Virus record (IMG/VR): IMGVR_UViG_3300000169_000002
Coordinates: 29,837 to 93,836 of that record
Source: a virus
Taxonomy: Duplodnaviria; Caudoviricetes
Length of the DNA: 64,000 nt
Strand: one strand, 5' to 3'
The position numbers and the translations under genes are program-made. Under the pieces are notes generated by a model. That model searched no databases. It was given only the letters and a program-made list of their open reading frames with translations, and had not been told where the DNA came from. Numbering within the stretch: the first letter of the stretch is position 1; every line of letters starts with the position of its first letter. Of the stretch, positions 49,798 to 59,730 are shown one piece after another.

Positions 49798-50325
49798 ATG
49801 GCTGATACTCTTAAGGATAGGCTGAGAGCCTTCCTCGAAGGAACGCATGAAGTCGCCGTCAAAACAAATGACAATGTCGCCGATGATCAGGAACCTATCG
49901 GCGAAGATTGTGTCACTGAAGATATGAAAGCGGAAGCTACTATTGCCTCTATTGTTGAAATGGCGCAAAACTATGCACTTGAATTGGCAGCAGAATTTAT
50001 CAAAGAAAACGCACATATCCTGGTTCGTGACGGCCTGTTGACGGAAAACGTGGCCGGCCAATCGTTTGTCGTCTTATCCCGCGAATCTCAACGCAGTAAA
50101 GCAGAACGTCTTCTTCGGATGCAAATGGCCAAAAAAGCTGGCGACCCTCGCTATTTCAAAATTGCCGCACTTCGCCGTCGTATCAAGCAACTGACGAAAG
50201 AAATCCATAACGACTCCCGTTACAGTGAGGCGCGGTCCATCGTTATGAAGCGCGAACTGCGCAAAATGCCGAACGCTGCTCAGCTGTCGGCAAAAGGTAC
50301 ATTCGGTTCTCGTAAACTGGTCTAA
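49798..50325 (+). CDS. Probable abundant internal head protein (acidic propeptide, basic mature part)
   Basis: Late promoter at 49747; GC-rich codons; several hydrophobic-x-E sites before an Arg/Lys-rich C-terminal half. Confidence 0.6.
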   Translation: MADTLKDRLRAFLEGTHEVAVKTNDNVADDQEPIGEDCVTEDMKAEATIASIVEMAQNYALELAAEFIKENAHILVRDGLLTENVAGQSFVVLSRESQRSKAERLLRMQMAKKAGDPRYFKIAALRRRIKQLTKEIHNDSRYSEARSIVMKRELRKMPNAAQLSAKGTFGSRKLV

Positions 50326-50432
50326 TTTGAAAATTGATGATGGCTAGCATTAGTCATCATCAGTTTTCTTTCAAATATATATTATTATATTGTGCGTCAT
50401 GAATCACTTTATAATAAGAAAGGGAGACCGAA

Positions 50433-52529
50433 ATGGGCAAGAAAAAAATCAAGATGAAAAAGAAATTTAACGACTCCAATAGCAATTTCAAAAGTTGGGC
50501 ATTTAATCTTGCTAAAATTGAAGAGAAAATTCGAGAGCAAGATGAAAATGGTGTATTCCCATTTAAATGGCATAGAATATATCCAGTGATAAATGAATTT
50601 GATTCCATTGAAGAATATGATACTTATATCGAAGCGTTGATTAAAGGAACTAAAAATCTTCTGTCCGAATCTAAAGATGAATTGAGCAAATTGACTATAG
50701 CATTTAAGTTTAACTCTGATGATGATTTCTATGAAATGAACTTTATCAAATTTCTTTTCAATATTATCATGTGGAGACCGTTTATTGTATCTGGTATCCC
50801 GGTAACTGAAAAAGATGTGTTTAACGCTGAAGTGTTTCACAATAAAAAATATGAAGAATATTTTAACAATTTTGCAGACAAGTATAGAAATAATTTTACT
50901 ATGCCTGAATTTTCTGAAATTCTGTTTGACATCCAGGTATACTTTAACAAGATTGCCGTGGAACTCGGTCCTCTGTTCGGCAATTCCATATCTATTTATG
51001 ATATGGTAAAGATGGCTAAAAGGAATAACGAGATTAATGCAATAATGAACACTGAAATCGACCTGAAAAACTTCAAAGTTGATGAGGTTGAGAAATTCCT
51101 CATTAAAGAGACTGACAGATTCTTTCAAATTCTTATGAATGAATCTGATAAAAATAATCCGTTGAAGCCTCTTATTCGAGCAAATGTGGGTGTGAATAAA
51201 CGTCAAGTTCAAGAAATTTTTATTCATCTTGGTTTTAAACCTGATTTGACTGGTTCTACAATTCCTCTCACTACAAACAGTAACTTCACTACTTATGGAC
51301 TGAAAGATGCAAAAGCATTGTATATAGATGCACAAGGTGCAAGAAAAGCTGCAATTATGCAGCTTGCTGTCAGTGATTCGGGCTATTATGGAAGACATCA
51401 AAGCTTTGTGACTTCAAATGTCACTCTCCATGAAGATCCGAAATATTCTTGCAATACAAAGAATCTTCTCAATGTAAAGATTGAATCTTCTCTTGACTTG
51501 GAGCTGTTTGAAGGAAGATTCTATAAAGTTGGAGAAAAACGCTATAAGGTTATTACAACTAAAGATACGCATCTCATAGGAAAAACTTTGCAAATCAGAA
51601 GTCCTATAACTTGCGCTAATAAACATAATAAAATTTGTAAAGCATGTTATGGGACTCTTTATAATGTAAACTATGGAATGCATGCTGGTCTGTTTGCAGC
51701 GATTGACTCTAATGAAAGTAAAACTCAACGTCAGTTGTCTGCAAGGCATGCCCTCGCAACAACAAGTGCTTCTATCAACCTTATTGATGACAAGATGTTC
51801 TTGATCAATCAAAATGGTTGGCTGTTCAGCTTGAATGGGGATATTGATAGAAGTAAATATTCTGTGGTGTTCAATGCTTCTGATGTACTGATGGAAAACC
51901 CGTATAACTATGATCAAGTTGATAATTATTACGTTAACAAACTGGTCTTTAAGAATATCAAGACTGGAGAGAAATTTGAAGTTTATGAAGAGCAGAATAC
52001 TCAGATGTATATCAGTAAGCAGGTATATAATGCTCTTCGGGATAGAAAATTCTTTAATATGGATGGAGATGAAACTGTAGAAATTCCTTTGGATGAATTT
52101 GAAGTCGACGAACCGTTTGCGTTCCTTCGTATTTCGAATGCGGAGCTCGCAAAGCCTCTGAAAGAGTTGGCAGGGTTTATTCAGAAAGGCAAGAAACAAC
52201 TTGAAGGTGTCTCTGACTATCATGAATTTGCTGCCAAACTTAACAGGCTCTATAGATATGGTGGTATGAACATCCCATCTGTTCACATTGAAATGCTTAT
52301 CAGAAACCTTATCAGGAGAGTAGACAATGAACTGGAAATTCCGGACTGGACAGTCGAACAAACTCCTGATATGTATAAATTGATGTCTCTTAATGACTCT
52401 ATCATTCACTCCAACTCTGTAACTCTTGGACTGATGTTTGAGAAAGTTAGGAGGCAACTGAAGATGCCAAGCACGTATAGAAAACGCGGAACGTCTATAT
52501 ACAGCATCCTGTTTATCAACGAACAATAA
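50433..52529 (+). CDS. RNA polymerase beta' subunit, C-terminal half (probably non-virion RNAP)
   Basis: GARKA...SDSGYYGR (bridge helix), RSPITC...ICKACYG, TQRQLSARH (trigger loop) and HIEMLIR; early promoter at 50376. Confidence 0.88.
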   Translation: MGKKKIKMKKKFNDSNSNFKSWAFNLAKIEEKIREQDENGVFPFKWHRIYPVINEFDSIEEYDTYIEALIKGTKNLLSESKDELSKLTIAFKFNSDDDFYEMNFIKFLFNIIMWRPFIVSGIPVTEKDVFNAEVFHNKKYEEYFNNFADKYRNNFTMPEFSEILFDIQVYFNKIAVELGPLFGNSISIYDMVKMAKRNNEINAIMNTEIDLKNFKVDEVEKFLIKETDRFFQILMNESDKNNPLKPLIRANVGVNKRQVQEIFIHLGFKPDLTGSTIPLTTNSNFTTYGLKDAKALYIDAQGARKAAIMQLAVSDSGYYGRHQSFVTSNVTLHEDPKYSCNTKNLLNVKIESSLDLELFEGRFYKVGEKRYKVITTKDTHLIGKTLQIRSPITCANKHNKICKACYGTLYNVNYGMHAGLFAAIDSNESKTQRQLSARHALATTSASINLIDDKMFLINQNGWLFSLNGDIDRSKYSVVFNASDVLMENPYNYDQVDNYYVNKLVFKNIKTGEKFEVYEEQNTQMYISKQVYNALRDRKFFNMDGDETVEIPLDEFEVDEPFAFLRISNAELAKPLKELAGFIQKGKKQLEGVSDYHEFAAKLNRLYRYGGMNIPSVHIEMLIRNLIRRVDNELEIPDWTVEQTPDMYKLMSLNDSIIHSNSVTLGLMFEKVRRQLKMPSTYRKRGTSIYSILFINEQ

Positions 52530-52586
52530 TTTTAAGGGGGAGGTTCGCCCTCCCCTATAATTATTATACCGAAGGAGTGAATTTAA

Positions 52587-52817
52587 ATGGATCTTACTGC
52601 GGACGATATTATCCCTGGAAAAGAGTATGTATTGAAACGGGATTTTATTCAATCCCCTCAAATTCGTCATAATTTTGGAACTATTGTAGTTGCTCTTAAA
52701 CGTAAATCAAATAATAGAGAAAAAGTCATGGTTAAAATAAAAGGTTCCAAAAATGGCGGATTCATGGTTCCTATTTCTATTTTAGCCAGGAAGAGTGAGT
52801 TGATTAATGAACAATGA
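52587..52817 (+). CDS. Small SH3-like hypothetical protein
   Basis: AAGGAG RBS; beta-rich, 76 aa. Confidence 0.6.
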   Translation: MDLTADDIIPGKEYVLKRDFIQSPQIRHNFGTIVVALKRKSNNREKVMVKIKGSKNGGFMVPISILARKSELINEQ

Positions 52818-53379
52818 TCAAAAATATTACAAAGAATATATTCTTGAAGAAAAATTTGATGGGCTTGATATAACAGGGAAAAATGTTTCATTTGAAAAAG
52901 GGTTTAAAATTATTGTATCTGAAATTGTAAATAATTTGGTTAAAATTGAAGATATACATGTTCCAAAAGGTTATGAAGTTTCTGATTGGAAACATAAATT
53001 CATAGGATCAATTTTTCCGAAAAAGTACTTTAATAAAAAATCAAAAGAGCCTATTTTCTCTGTCAATTTAACTAATATTACAGGAGTTAATGATATATAT
53101 GCTTTGAACTATGAAACTTTAATTGAATTGCGTCGGTTATTTAAAAATAAAAACTTAAAATCTGAGGTTATATTCCATAAAACATTTTACAATGAAAATA
53201 TATGCTTTGAAATACTTATCGACTTTTCTCAATATTCTTCTATGAAAATAATGAACGAGCGTATTTCAAACAAAGTATTTGATCAGTTTGAATATCTAAA
53301 GGTAATTTTTGATAAAACAGGAATAGTGTCTGTTGGGGAAGAATTAAGAATCCTTGAACGACAAGTGAGAAATATTTAA
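52807..53379 (+). CDS. Hypothetical protein (intact paralogue of 53396-53934)
   Basis: Its two halves align by eye with the next two ORFs. Confidence 0.7.
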   Translation: MNNDQKYYKEYILEEKFDGLDITGKNVSFEKGFKIIVSEIVNNLVKIEDIHVPKGYEVSDWKHKFIGSIFPKKYFNKKSKEPIFSVNLTNITGVNDIYALNYETLIELRRLFKNKNLKSEVIFHKTFYNENICFEILIDFSQYSSMKIMNERISNKVFDQFEYLKVIFDKTGIVSVGEELRILERQVRNI

Positions 53380-53395
53380 AAGCGGGAGTATCCAC

Positions 53396-53934
53396 ATGTT
53401 CGGCTGTGAAAAAGTTTACGTTATCGACTCGGATTTACCAATATACAATGACGAACTTGATGAATGGGATACTATACCAGGTGGAACTAAAATTGAGTGT
53501 ATTGTGACTGTAAATAATATGGTACGTATTGAAAAGATCGCTACACCCACTTCTGATAAAAAATATGAAAAATACATTGGTCAATACTTGCCAGAAATAT
53601 ACTTTGAGAAACATGCAGGGAACTCATTTTCAGTGTTGGCTTGACCAGTGAAGATGGAATAAAAGAAGAATATATCACAAATTATGACCAGCTTTGTAAT
53701 TTGAAACACCATTTTTATAATAAATTTAAAGTTAGAGCGTCCATTTATAAAAATAAATATATCGATTGGTACAGGTATTATGAAATTATCATTGATTTTT
53801 CAAAGTATGTTAAAATAGAAGTTAAATACACTGATAGTGATGTTAGAAAAAAAGTTTATTCTAATCATAGTTGTCATATAATCTTTAATAAGATAGGAAT
53901 TATAGAAAAATCTATGTTATACGAGAAAGATTAA
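53396..53934 (+). pseudogene. Frameshifted paralogue of 52807..53379 (ORFs 53396..53644 and 53641..53934)
   Basis: Removing one GT from GTGT at 53633-53636 fuses the ORFs, giving FSVGLTSEDG versus FSVNLTNITG in the paralogue. Confidence 0.6.
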
Positions 53935-53962
53935 AATTTTCTGAAAGAAAGGGAAATTGTTT

Positions 53963-54631
53963 ATGTTCAAAAAGATAAAAAAATTGTTTGAGGTGAGCCA
54001 AAAGGTAGACAACCTTCAATCCGCGGTTGATAAAATGGCTGAGCAATTAAGTGTATTGGTAAATAGAAAACCTGTAAGATATAAAGAAATTGCTCTTACA
54101 GGTGATATAACAGATTACGAACAACTGCGTATTTTGTTTGAAGAAAAATATTACAAAGATGCCATTGATAAATATGCAGGAATAAAAGATAATCTTCAAG
54201 AATGCATTATTCAATATGATAAAGTTTTGTATTTCAATAAAGTATCTATAAATTTTGTAGAGGCAATATCAAAATTATACGAGCTTTTCACATTAAGTTC
54301 TTATATATTAAATATTCTTTTCAAGGATTCTACAGTAAATTCTTTTGGATTTTATGCTGTAAATAATAGAATTTTCTATGAAAGTTCTGTAGATATTCCT
54401 TATATTGATAGAGATAAAATTAATCTTTTAGATTATGAAGATGATGTTGATGAAGACCATTATATTATAATCAATATGCTTAAAGATAAAATAGTTATTG
54501 TTACTCCTCATGAAGATTTTGAAATAGAAAACCGATATCGGAAAACAGTAATCAGGGTCTTGTACTCAATTTATGCTGAAAAATATTATCTGTATCATCT
54601 TGCCCATAAGAATGAATCTCATCACATATAA
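53963..54631 (+). CDS. Hypothetical protein
   Basis: ORF with N-terminal coiled coil; terminator at 54635-54672. Confidence 0.7.
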   Translation: MFKKIKKLFEVSQKVDNLQSAVDKMAEQLSVLVNRKPVRYKEIALTGDITDYEQLRILFEEKYYKDAIDKYAGIKDNLQECIIQYDKVLYFNKVSINFVEAISKLYELFTLSSYILNILFKDSTVNSFGFYAVNNRIFYESSVDIPYIDRDKINLLDYEDDVDEDHYIIINMLKDKIVIVTPHEDFEIENRYRKTVIRVLYSIYAEKYYLYHLAHKNESHHI

Positions 54632-54733
54632 TGAAATAAGGCGCAGTTTAATTACTGCGCCTTATTTTTTTTAATCTTAAAAAATAAATTATATGAAGAC
54701 CTAAAATAAAAATAAATAGAAAGGTGTGCTAAG

Positions 54734-55936
54734 ATGGAGCTTCTTGTACTGGGTTCGACAAAACAAGGGTACAATATTGCAATTGATGACGCGCTAAAAT
54801 TTTCTTCATACGCAGCTGGAGTATGTTATATGAAAGAAGATGTTGAAGATATTTTGAACGAAGATATCGAAAAAACTAAAAAAAGAATCGATCTCACATT
54901 GAATAACGGACATCACTCCGTATTCCAGCATGTCCATTATTCTTTGGTATTCAAAGATATTCCAAAAATCGTTGCCATGCTCATCAATAATGAACGTCCA
55001 TACACGACTTCTGAGAAGTCTGCAAGATACACTGTCATGGATAAAGTCCCTGACAAAGAACGTCAGAGATATAATAAATGGAGATCTATTTTCAAAGAAC
55101 TTATTGCGGCCGAATATCCTCTTCTGGATAAACGTCATGTGGATAAACTTGCAATGGAAAATGCAAGGTATATGATTAGTGTATTTACTCCAACTACTAT
55201 GGTATATACCACAAACTTGTGTCAGATTAATTATATTATAGAAATGCTTGTAGCATTTGTTCAAAAGACTTTTTCATATGAAAATCATCCATTTATGGAT
55301 CGTCTTAGAGAAAGTATTTATGATTTTCTTCAAGTTCTGAAGCCTTTCGAAATCGAAGGAATGAATAGAAAAAATAAAAATGTTGACCTCTCTATGATTA
55401 AATTTAGATATCATGAAGGAGAGTTTAATCATTATTTTGGAGATGTTTATGATACCTATTATTGGGCCTCATTTGCACAACTTGCTCAGGCTCATCGCCA
55501 TAGAACTCTCCATTATAATATTTTCCTCAATAATCTTGAGGGTATGAATGATAAAACTGAATTGTACGTGCCAAGAATTATTCAAGATACAAGCTATAAA
55601 GATGAATGGTTGAACGATTTGAGAACTCTTCCTGTAGATTCATATCCGCAAGCTACTAAAGTAATTGTTCGCGAAAGAGGTCTCTATGAACATTTTATTC
55701 TTAAATGCCACGAAAGACTTTGTTGCCAAGCTCAAAATGAGATTATGACACAAACTGCTGAAACATTTAAACTATATAAAAAACATCTTGAGCAAACTGA
55801 TCCCGATCATCGGATGCATATTGATTTTCAGCATGTTAATCCTGACAATCTTTCTAAAACACAATTCAAAGGTATGTGGTGTGCAGGGAAATGTAATAAT
55901 TTTGGTCGTCGATATGCATTGAACAGAAAAGCATAA
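54734..55936 (+). CDS. thyX: Flavin-dependent thymidylate synthase-like protein (tandem ThyX domains)
   Basis: GHHSVFQH, SEKSARY and ENARY in the N-terminal half; AQAHRHR and ERLCCQAQNEI in the C-terminal half. Confidence 0.75.
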   Translation: MELLVLGSTKQGYNIAIDDALKFSSYAAGVCYMKEDVEDILNEDIEKTKKRIDLTLNNGHHSVFQHVHYSLVFKDIPKIVAMLINNERPYTTSEKSARYTVMDKVPDKERQRYNKWRSIFKELIAAEYPLLDKRHVDKLAMENARYMISVFTPTTMVYTTNLCQINYIIEMLVAFVQKTFSYENHPFMDRLRESIYDFLQVLKPFEIEGMNRKNKNVDLSMIKFRYHEGEFNHYFGDVYDTYYWASFAQLAQAHRHRTLHYNIFLNNLEGMNDKTELYVPRIIQDTSYKDEWLNDLRTLPVDSYPQATKVIVRERGLYEHFILKCHERLCCQAQNEIMTQTAETFKLYKKHLEQTDPDHRMHIDFQHVNPDNLSKTQFKGMWCAGKCNNFGRRYALNRKA

Positions 55937-56167
55937 ATTTGTAAGAAACACCTGTTTTTCGGGTGTTTCTTTTTTATTTTTACTTGAACTATATGATGAT
56001 AAATTTTTATTTACCAAGGAGGTCTAATATGCCCACATTAAAATTTAAAAGACATATCATCTGTGATATTTTAATTGTATAACTTTTGTACATGGTTTTC
56101 GGATTGGTGGTACTTAAATCTATCGATTAAGATAGATTAAATATAAACAAAGAAAGACGGGTGCCAA

Positions 56168-57745
56168 ATGGACACCATAGTGGCAAACTTCTCATATTAT
56201 TCAATACCAAATTTCAAAAAAGAAAACTTAAAAGAATTGACCACTTTGGAAAAAAGGCTTAGTGTTTATGAAAAGCGCATTTTCAAATATGTGCCTATCG
56301 GTTATTATTATAATAAAGATACCAATGAATTGAGAATACCAAGAGGATATCCGCATAAGGATATTCTCCGTTATTTTAACTTCGAAAGAAAGATAGTAAC
56401 AAATTTTAAACCTCAAGAATATGATAAAATTGATATAAAGCTTTATCAGCAGCCAAGGGAAACACTTCAAGTTGAAATGATTTCATTTCTTTGCGGTCTT
56501 GGAAAGCATTCTTATACCGAAAAATATTCCCAAGTATTCTGCGATCTTCATACAGGTAAGGGTAAAACGTATTGTTCAGTTGCCGCGTTATCATATTTTA
56601 AAACTAAAGCCGTTATATTCATTCCTTCAAAATTGAGTAAACTTATTGATCAGTGGAAAGAAGCTTTTATATCATATACAAATAAAAAAGAAAGTGATAT
56701 CCTTGTCGTAAGAGGATCTGAGATGTGCGAAGATATAAGGAATGGTAAATATCCGAATAAGGAAATTTTTATTATAACTAAAGGAACGGTTTTATCCTAT
56801 GCAAACAGCCATGGATGGGATAAATTCCAAGAAATGATTGAAAAGACGAGAGCTGGAGTTAAGATTATAGATGAGGCGCATATGGATCTTAGAACCAATG
56901 TGCTTATTGATTGTCATACAAATGTGAAGAAAAATATATATCTTACAGCCTCTGCTTATAGAGGAGACAGATTTGAGAATCAAATTTTCAAAAAGATTTT
57001 TTATGAAGTTCCTATTTATGGAAAAGAGCTTGTAAGTCCAGATGAGAATTATATTATTATGCTCATATATCAATTCAAACATAAGCCATCAGTTAAACAA
57101 CGTGCCGCATGTAAAGTCAAAGAAGGACTATCTGCTGTAAAATATTCTGAATATCTTGTATCTAAAGAAGGTGCGAGATATCAATTTTTTACAGCTTTAA
57201 ATAGAGCTATTCGAGACATATTCGTTCGGAATAGAGAAAAGATAGATTACGTCAACCTCGAAAAAATTGAGAATGGTAATTACGTAAGAAATAAAAATGG
57301 GTTTATCACCATAAATAGAAATGAAAGATTTAAAGGAAAATTATTGATACTTGGTGCAACTATTGATTTCCTCAAAACCATACGAAAATTTCTTGAAGTT
57401 AATTTTCCTGAGTATAGTGTTGGGCTGTATTCAAGTGAAATAAAAGATATCAAAGAACGCGAAGCTGAACTTAATAAAGATATTATTTTGGCCACAGAAA
57501 AAGGAATAGGAACAGGCGCGAATGTTCCTAACCTTCAGGTAATGATAAACTTAATACCATATAGCAATCCAGTATATGCAAACCAGCTTCCGGGGCGGTG
57601 CAGGCAGATTCCCGGAAAGAATGTATATTACATCGAAATAGTTAATATAGATTTTGATGAAGCAGCTGCTCAATATACTAGACGAAGTAAATATCTTGTT
57701 GAGAAAGCAAAAGGAAATAAACTCATTACAGTATTAATTACCTAG
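56168..57745 (+). CDS. SF2 DNA helicase (UvsW/XPB-like)
   Basis: Motifs HTGKGKT, IIDEAH, LTAS, GTGANVP and QLPGRCR. Confidence 0.88.
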   Translation: MDTIVANFSYYSIPNFKKENLKELTTLEKRLSVYEKRIFKYVPIGYYYNKDTNELRIPRGYPHKDILRYFNFERKIVTNFKPQEYDKIDIKLYQQPRETLQVEMISFLCGLGKHSYTEKYSQVFCDLHTGKGKTYCSVAALSYFKTKAVIFIPSKLSKLIDQWKEAFISYTNKKESDILVVRGSEMCEDIRNGKYPNKEIFIITKGTVLSYANSHGWDKFQEMIEKTRAGVKIIDEAHMDLRTNVLIDCHTNVKKNIYLTASAYRGDRFENQIFKKIFYEVPIYGKELVSPDENYIIMLIYQFKHKPSVKQRAACKVKEGLSAVKYSEYLVSKEGARYQFFTALNRAIRDIFVRNREKIDYVNLEKIENGNYVRNKNGFITINRNERFKGKLLILGATIDFLKTIRKFLEVNFPEYSVGLYSSEIKDIKEREAELNKDIILATEKGIGTGANVPNLQVMINLIPYSNPVYANQLPGRCRQIPGKNVYYIEIVNIDFDEAAAQYTRRSKYLVEKAKGNKLITVLIT

Positions 57746-57802
57746 CATTTTTGCTATAAATATATATTATTTACTTGTAACATGGGAGGGGAGGATTAAT
57801 GT

Positions 57803-58066
57803 ATGCCTATTAAAAAGTCGAAACCAAATCACAATAAACTTTTTCTAAGATTCCCGGATATTGTATTGACGATACGGTTTGAAAACGATAAAATCAATCT
57901 TGTGAAAGGAGATTGTATTAAACTTATTATTGGGCCAAAGATATCTATTTTGGCGAAATTGGTCTCTGATATTGAACCTGATGAAACTCGTCAAAATGCA
58001 TATAAAGTCGACGTTGAGGAAGTTCAAAATGAAGATACAGAAGTAAAGGAAGTGTTCACTATTTGA
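57803..58066 (+). CDS. Hypothetical early protein
   Basis: Early motif at 57761; GGAGG RBS. Confidence 0.65.
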   Translation: MPIKKSKPNHNKLFLRFPDIVLTIRFENDKINLVKGDCIKLIIGPKISILAKLVSDIEPDETRQNAYKVDVEEVQNEDTEVKEVFTI

Positions 58067-58075
58067 GGATTTATT

Positions 58076-58837
58076 ATGATTAAAGTAACTAAAAAAGAAC
58101 TTGTGGATGTTATAAGCATCCCAATAATGAAACTTAACAACAACGTCATTTTGTATCACAAAGTGAAGTTGGCACAGCAAGACAAATTCGGAAATAGAGA
58201 TTATTATCATAAAGAATTTAGTTATCAGTCAAGATATAAAGACCATAATAGGGTTTCAACTTTAAGGTTAACCCATTCTTCAATACTTTCGATACAATTT
58301 AAGGATGAAATATATTCAGATTCTCTTATACTGAATATAACTAATCGTGATTTCTTTTGTAAGTATCTTAAGAAAATAAACAAGATTTTGAAGAAAGACG
58401 ATTTGATAATTAAAGTGGGCGATACTTATAAGATAAATAGCCAATATACTTCTAACGATATAGTTGAATTCTATAAAGATAAGTTTATAACCGTAAATCC
58501 AATTTTGGTTATGAACGAAGAATATGGTGAACCAGAAGTCATGATCCAATTATGTTTGGACTATAAAAATTCTACTTATGTAGATATCAAAGAAGATCGA
58601 TTTAAAACTATGATGAAATTTATAAAGAAATTTGATTTTCATCTTTCAGGTTTGATAGCGATAACCTATTTACAGAGTGCAGATATAGGAAAATTTGAGT
58701 ATGAACTATCAAGAACTTTATTAGAAGACTTTGATGAACATCGACCGCCAGAAATTAGACTAGATAATACTGAACATACGGGGATGGAAAAATTAAAAAC
58801 ACAAAGTCCTTCGTTTAGTAAAACAAAGGGCTGGTAA
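58076..58837 (+). CDS. Hypothetical protein
   Basis: 253-aa ORF in an operon. Confidence 0.7.
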   Translation: MIKVTKKELVDVISIPIMKLNNNVILYHKVKLAQQDKFGNRDYYHKEFSYQSRYKDHNRVSTLRLTHSSILSIQFKDEIYSDSLILNITNRDFFCKYLKKINKILKKDDLIIKVGDTYKINSQYTSNDIVEFYKDKFITVNPILVMNEEYGEPEVMIQLCLDYKNSTYVDIKEDRFKTMMKFIKKFDFHLSGLIAITYLQSADIGKFEYELSRTLLEDFDEHRPPEIRLDNTEHTGMEKLKTQSPSFSKTKGW

Positions 58838-58856
58838 AAGGAAGGGTTGAGCGGGC

Positions 58857-59648
58857 ATGTCTTTCATTGATATCGACTTCGATATCGAAAACGAAGACTT
58901 TGGGGATAAAAAATTCGGTTTGAATATTCAAAGCCTCTCCAATAAAATTATCAAAATTGGAGACTATATGTATAGAGTTTATAAGTTTAAAGATGTTGAG
59001 GAACTGGAACTTGGAAATGCTTATATTTTCGGAGGTACTAAAGGAAATCTTTCAATAAGTTATCCATATGTGTTTCCTTTCATGGGTAAGTACAAGAAAG
59101 GATCTCTGGAACCAGGGATCTATCTCGATAAAAATGATAAAATTGTTGTTGTTTATCCGAGGAATGATAGGGAAAGGAAGATCTACCATATTTCTCGGAT
59201 ATTTGAAATAACTCCGGATACTATTAGAGAAAAACTTAACGAATATCTTAATGAAGTGACTGTAGAAGAATTGAAAAGTGCAGGGAATGTATTTGAGCCC
59301 GAAATTAAAGAAGAAGATGATACTGGTATTAAAGCAGTTAGGCTTGCACTTATTGCAAAACAGATTGATCTCCATCAATATCTCAATCGATTGGAGAAAA
59401 ACTGGGATAGAGCAAATACAAAGAAAGCCCTTGAAAAAGGAAGTACTCTGACTTTCTTTAAACTTGATGAATATTCGAGACTATTTGATTTCAACTATGG
59501 TATTTTGATATTTGATAAATCTACAGCAAAAGATCCTATCTCCAAAGACGGGAAGGCTATCCTTGTATTCAACGATGAGTATTTCCCGATCAATGATGAG
59601 AATATTGAAGTTATCACGACTCCAGAAGACCTTAAGAAACTCTGGTAA
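58857..59648 (+). CDS. Hypothetical protein
   Basis: 263-aa ORF followed by a hairpin at about 59655-59687. Confidence 0.7.
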   Translation: MSFIDIDFDIENEDFGDKKFGLNIQSLSNKIIKIGDYMYRVYKFKDVEELELGNAYIFGGTKGNLSISYPYVFPFMGKYKKGSLEPGIYLDKNDKIVVVYPRNDRERKIYHISRIFEITPDTIREKLNEYLNEVTVEELKSAGNVFEPEIKEEDDTGIKAVRLALIAKQIDLHQYLNRLEKNWDRANTKKALEKGSTLTFFKLDEYSRLFDFNYGILIFDKSTAKDPISKDGKAILVFNDEYFPINDENIEVITTPEDLKKLW

Positions 59649-59730
59649 ATTTAGGAAGGCTATGGTTTATTTATACCATAGCCTTCTATTATACCCTTAT
59701 AAGAGACGAATCAGAAAAAGGAGGAATAAA

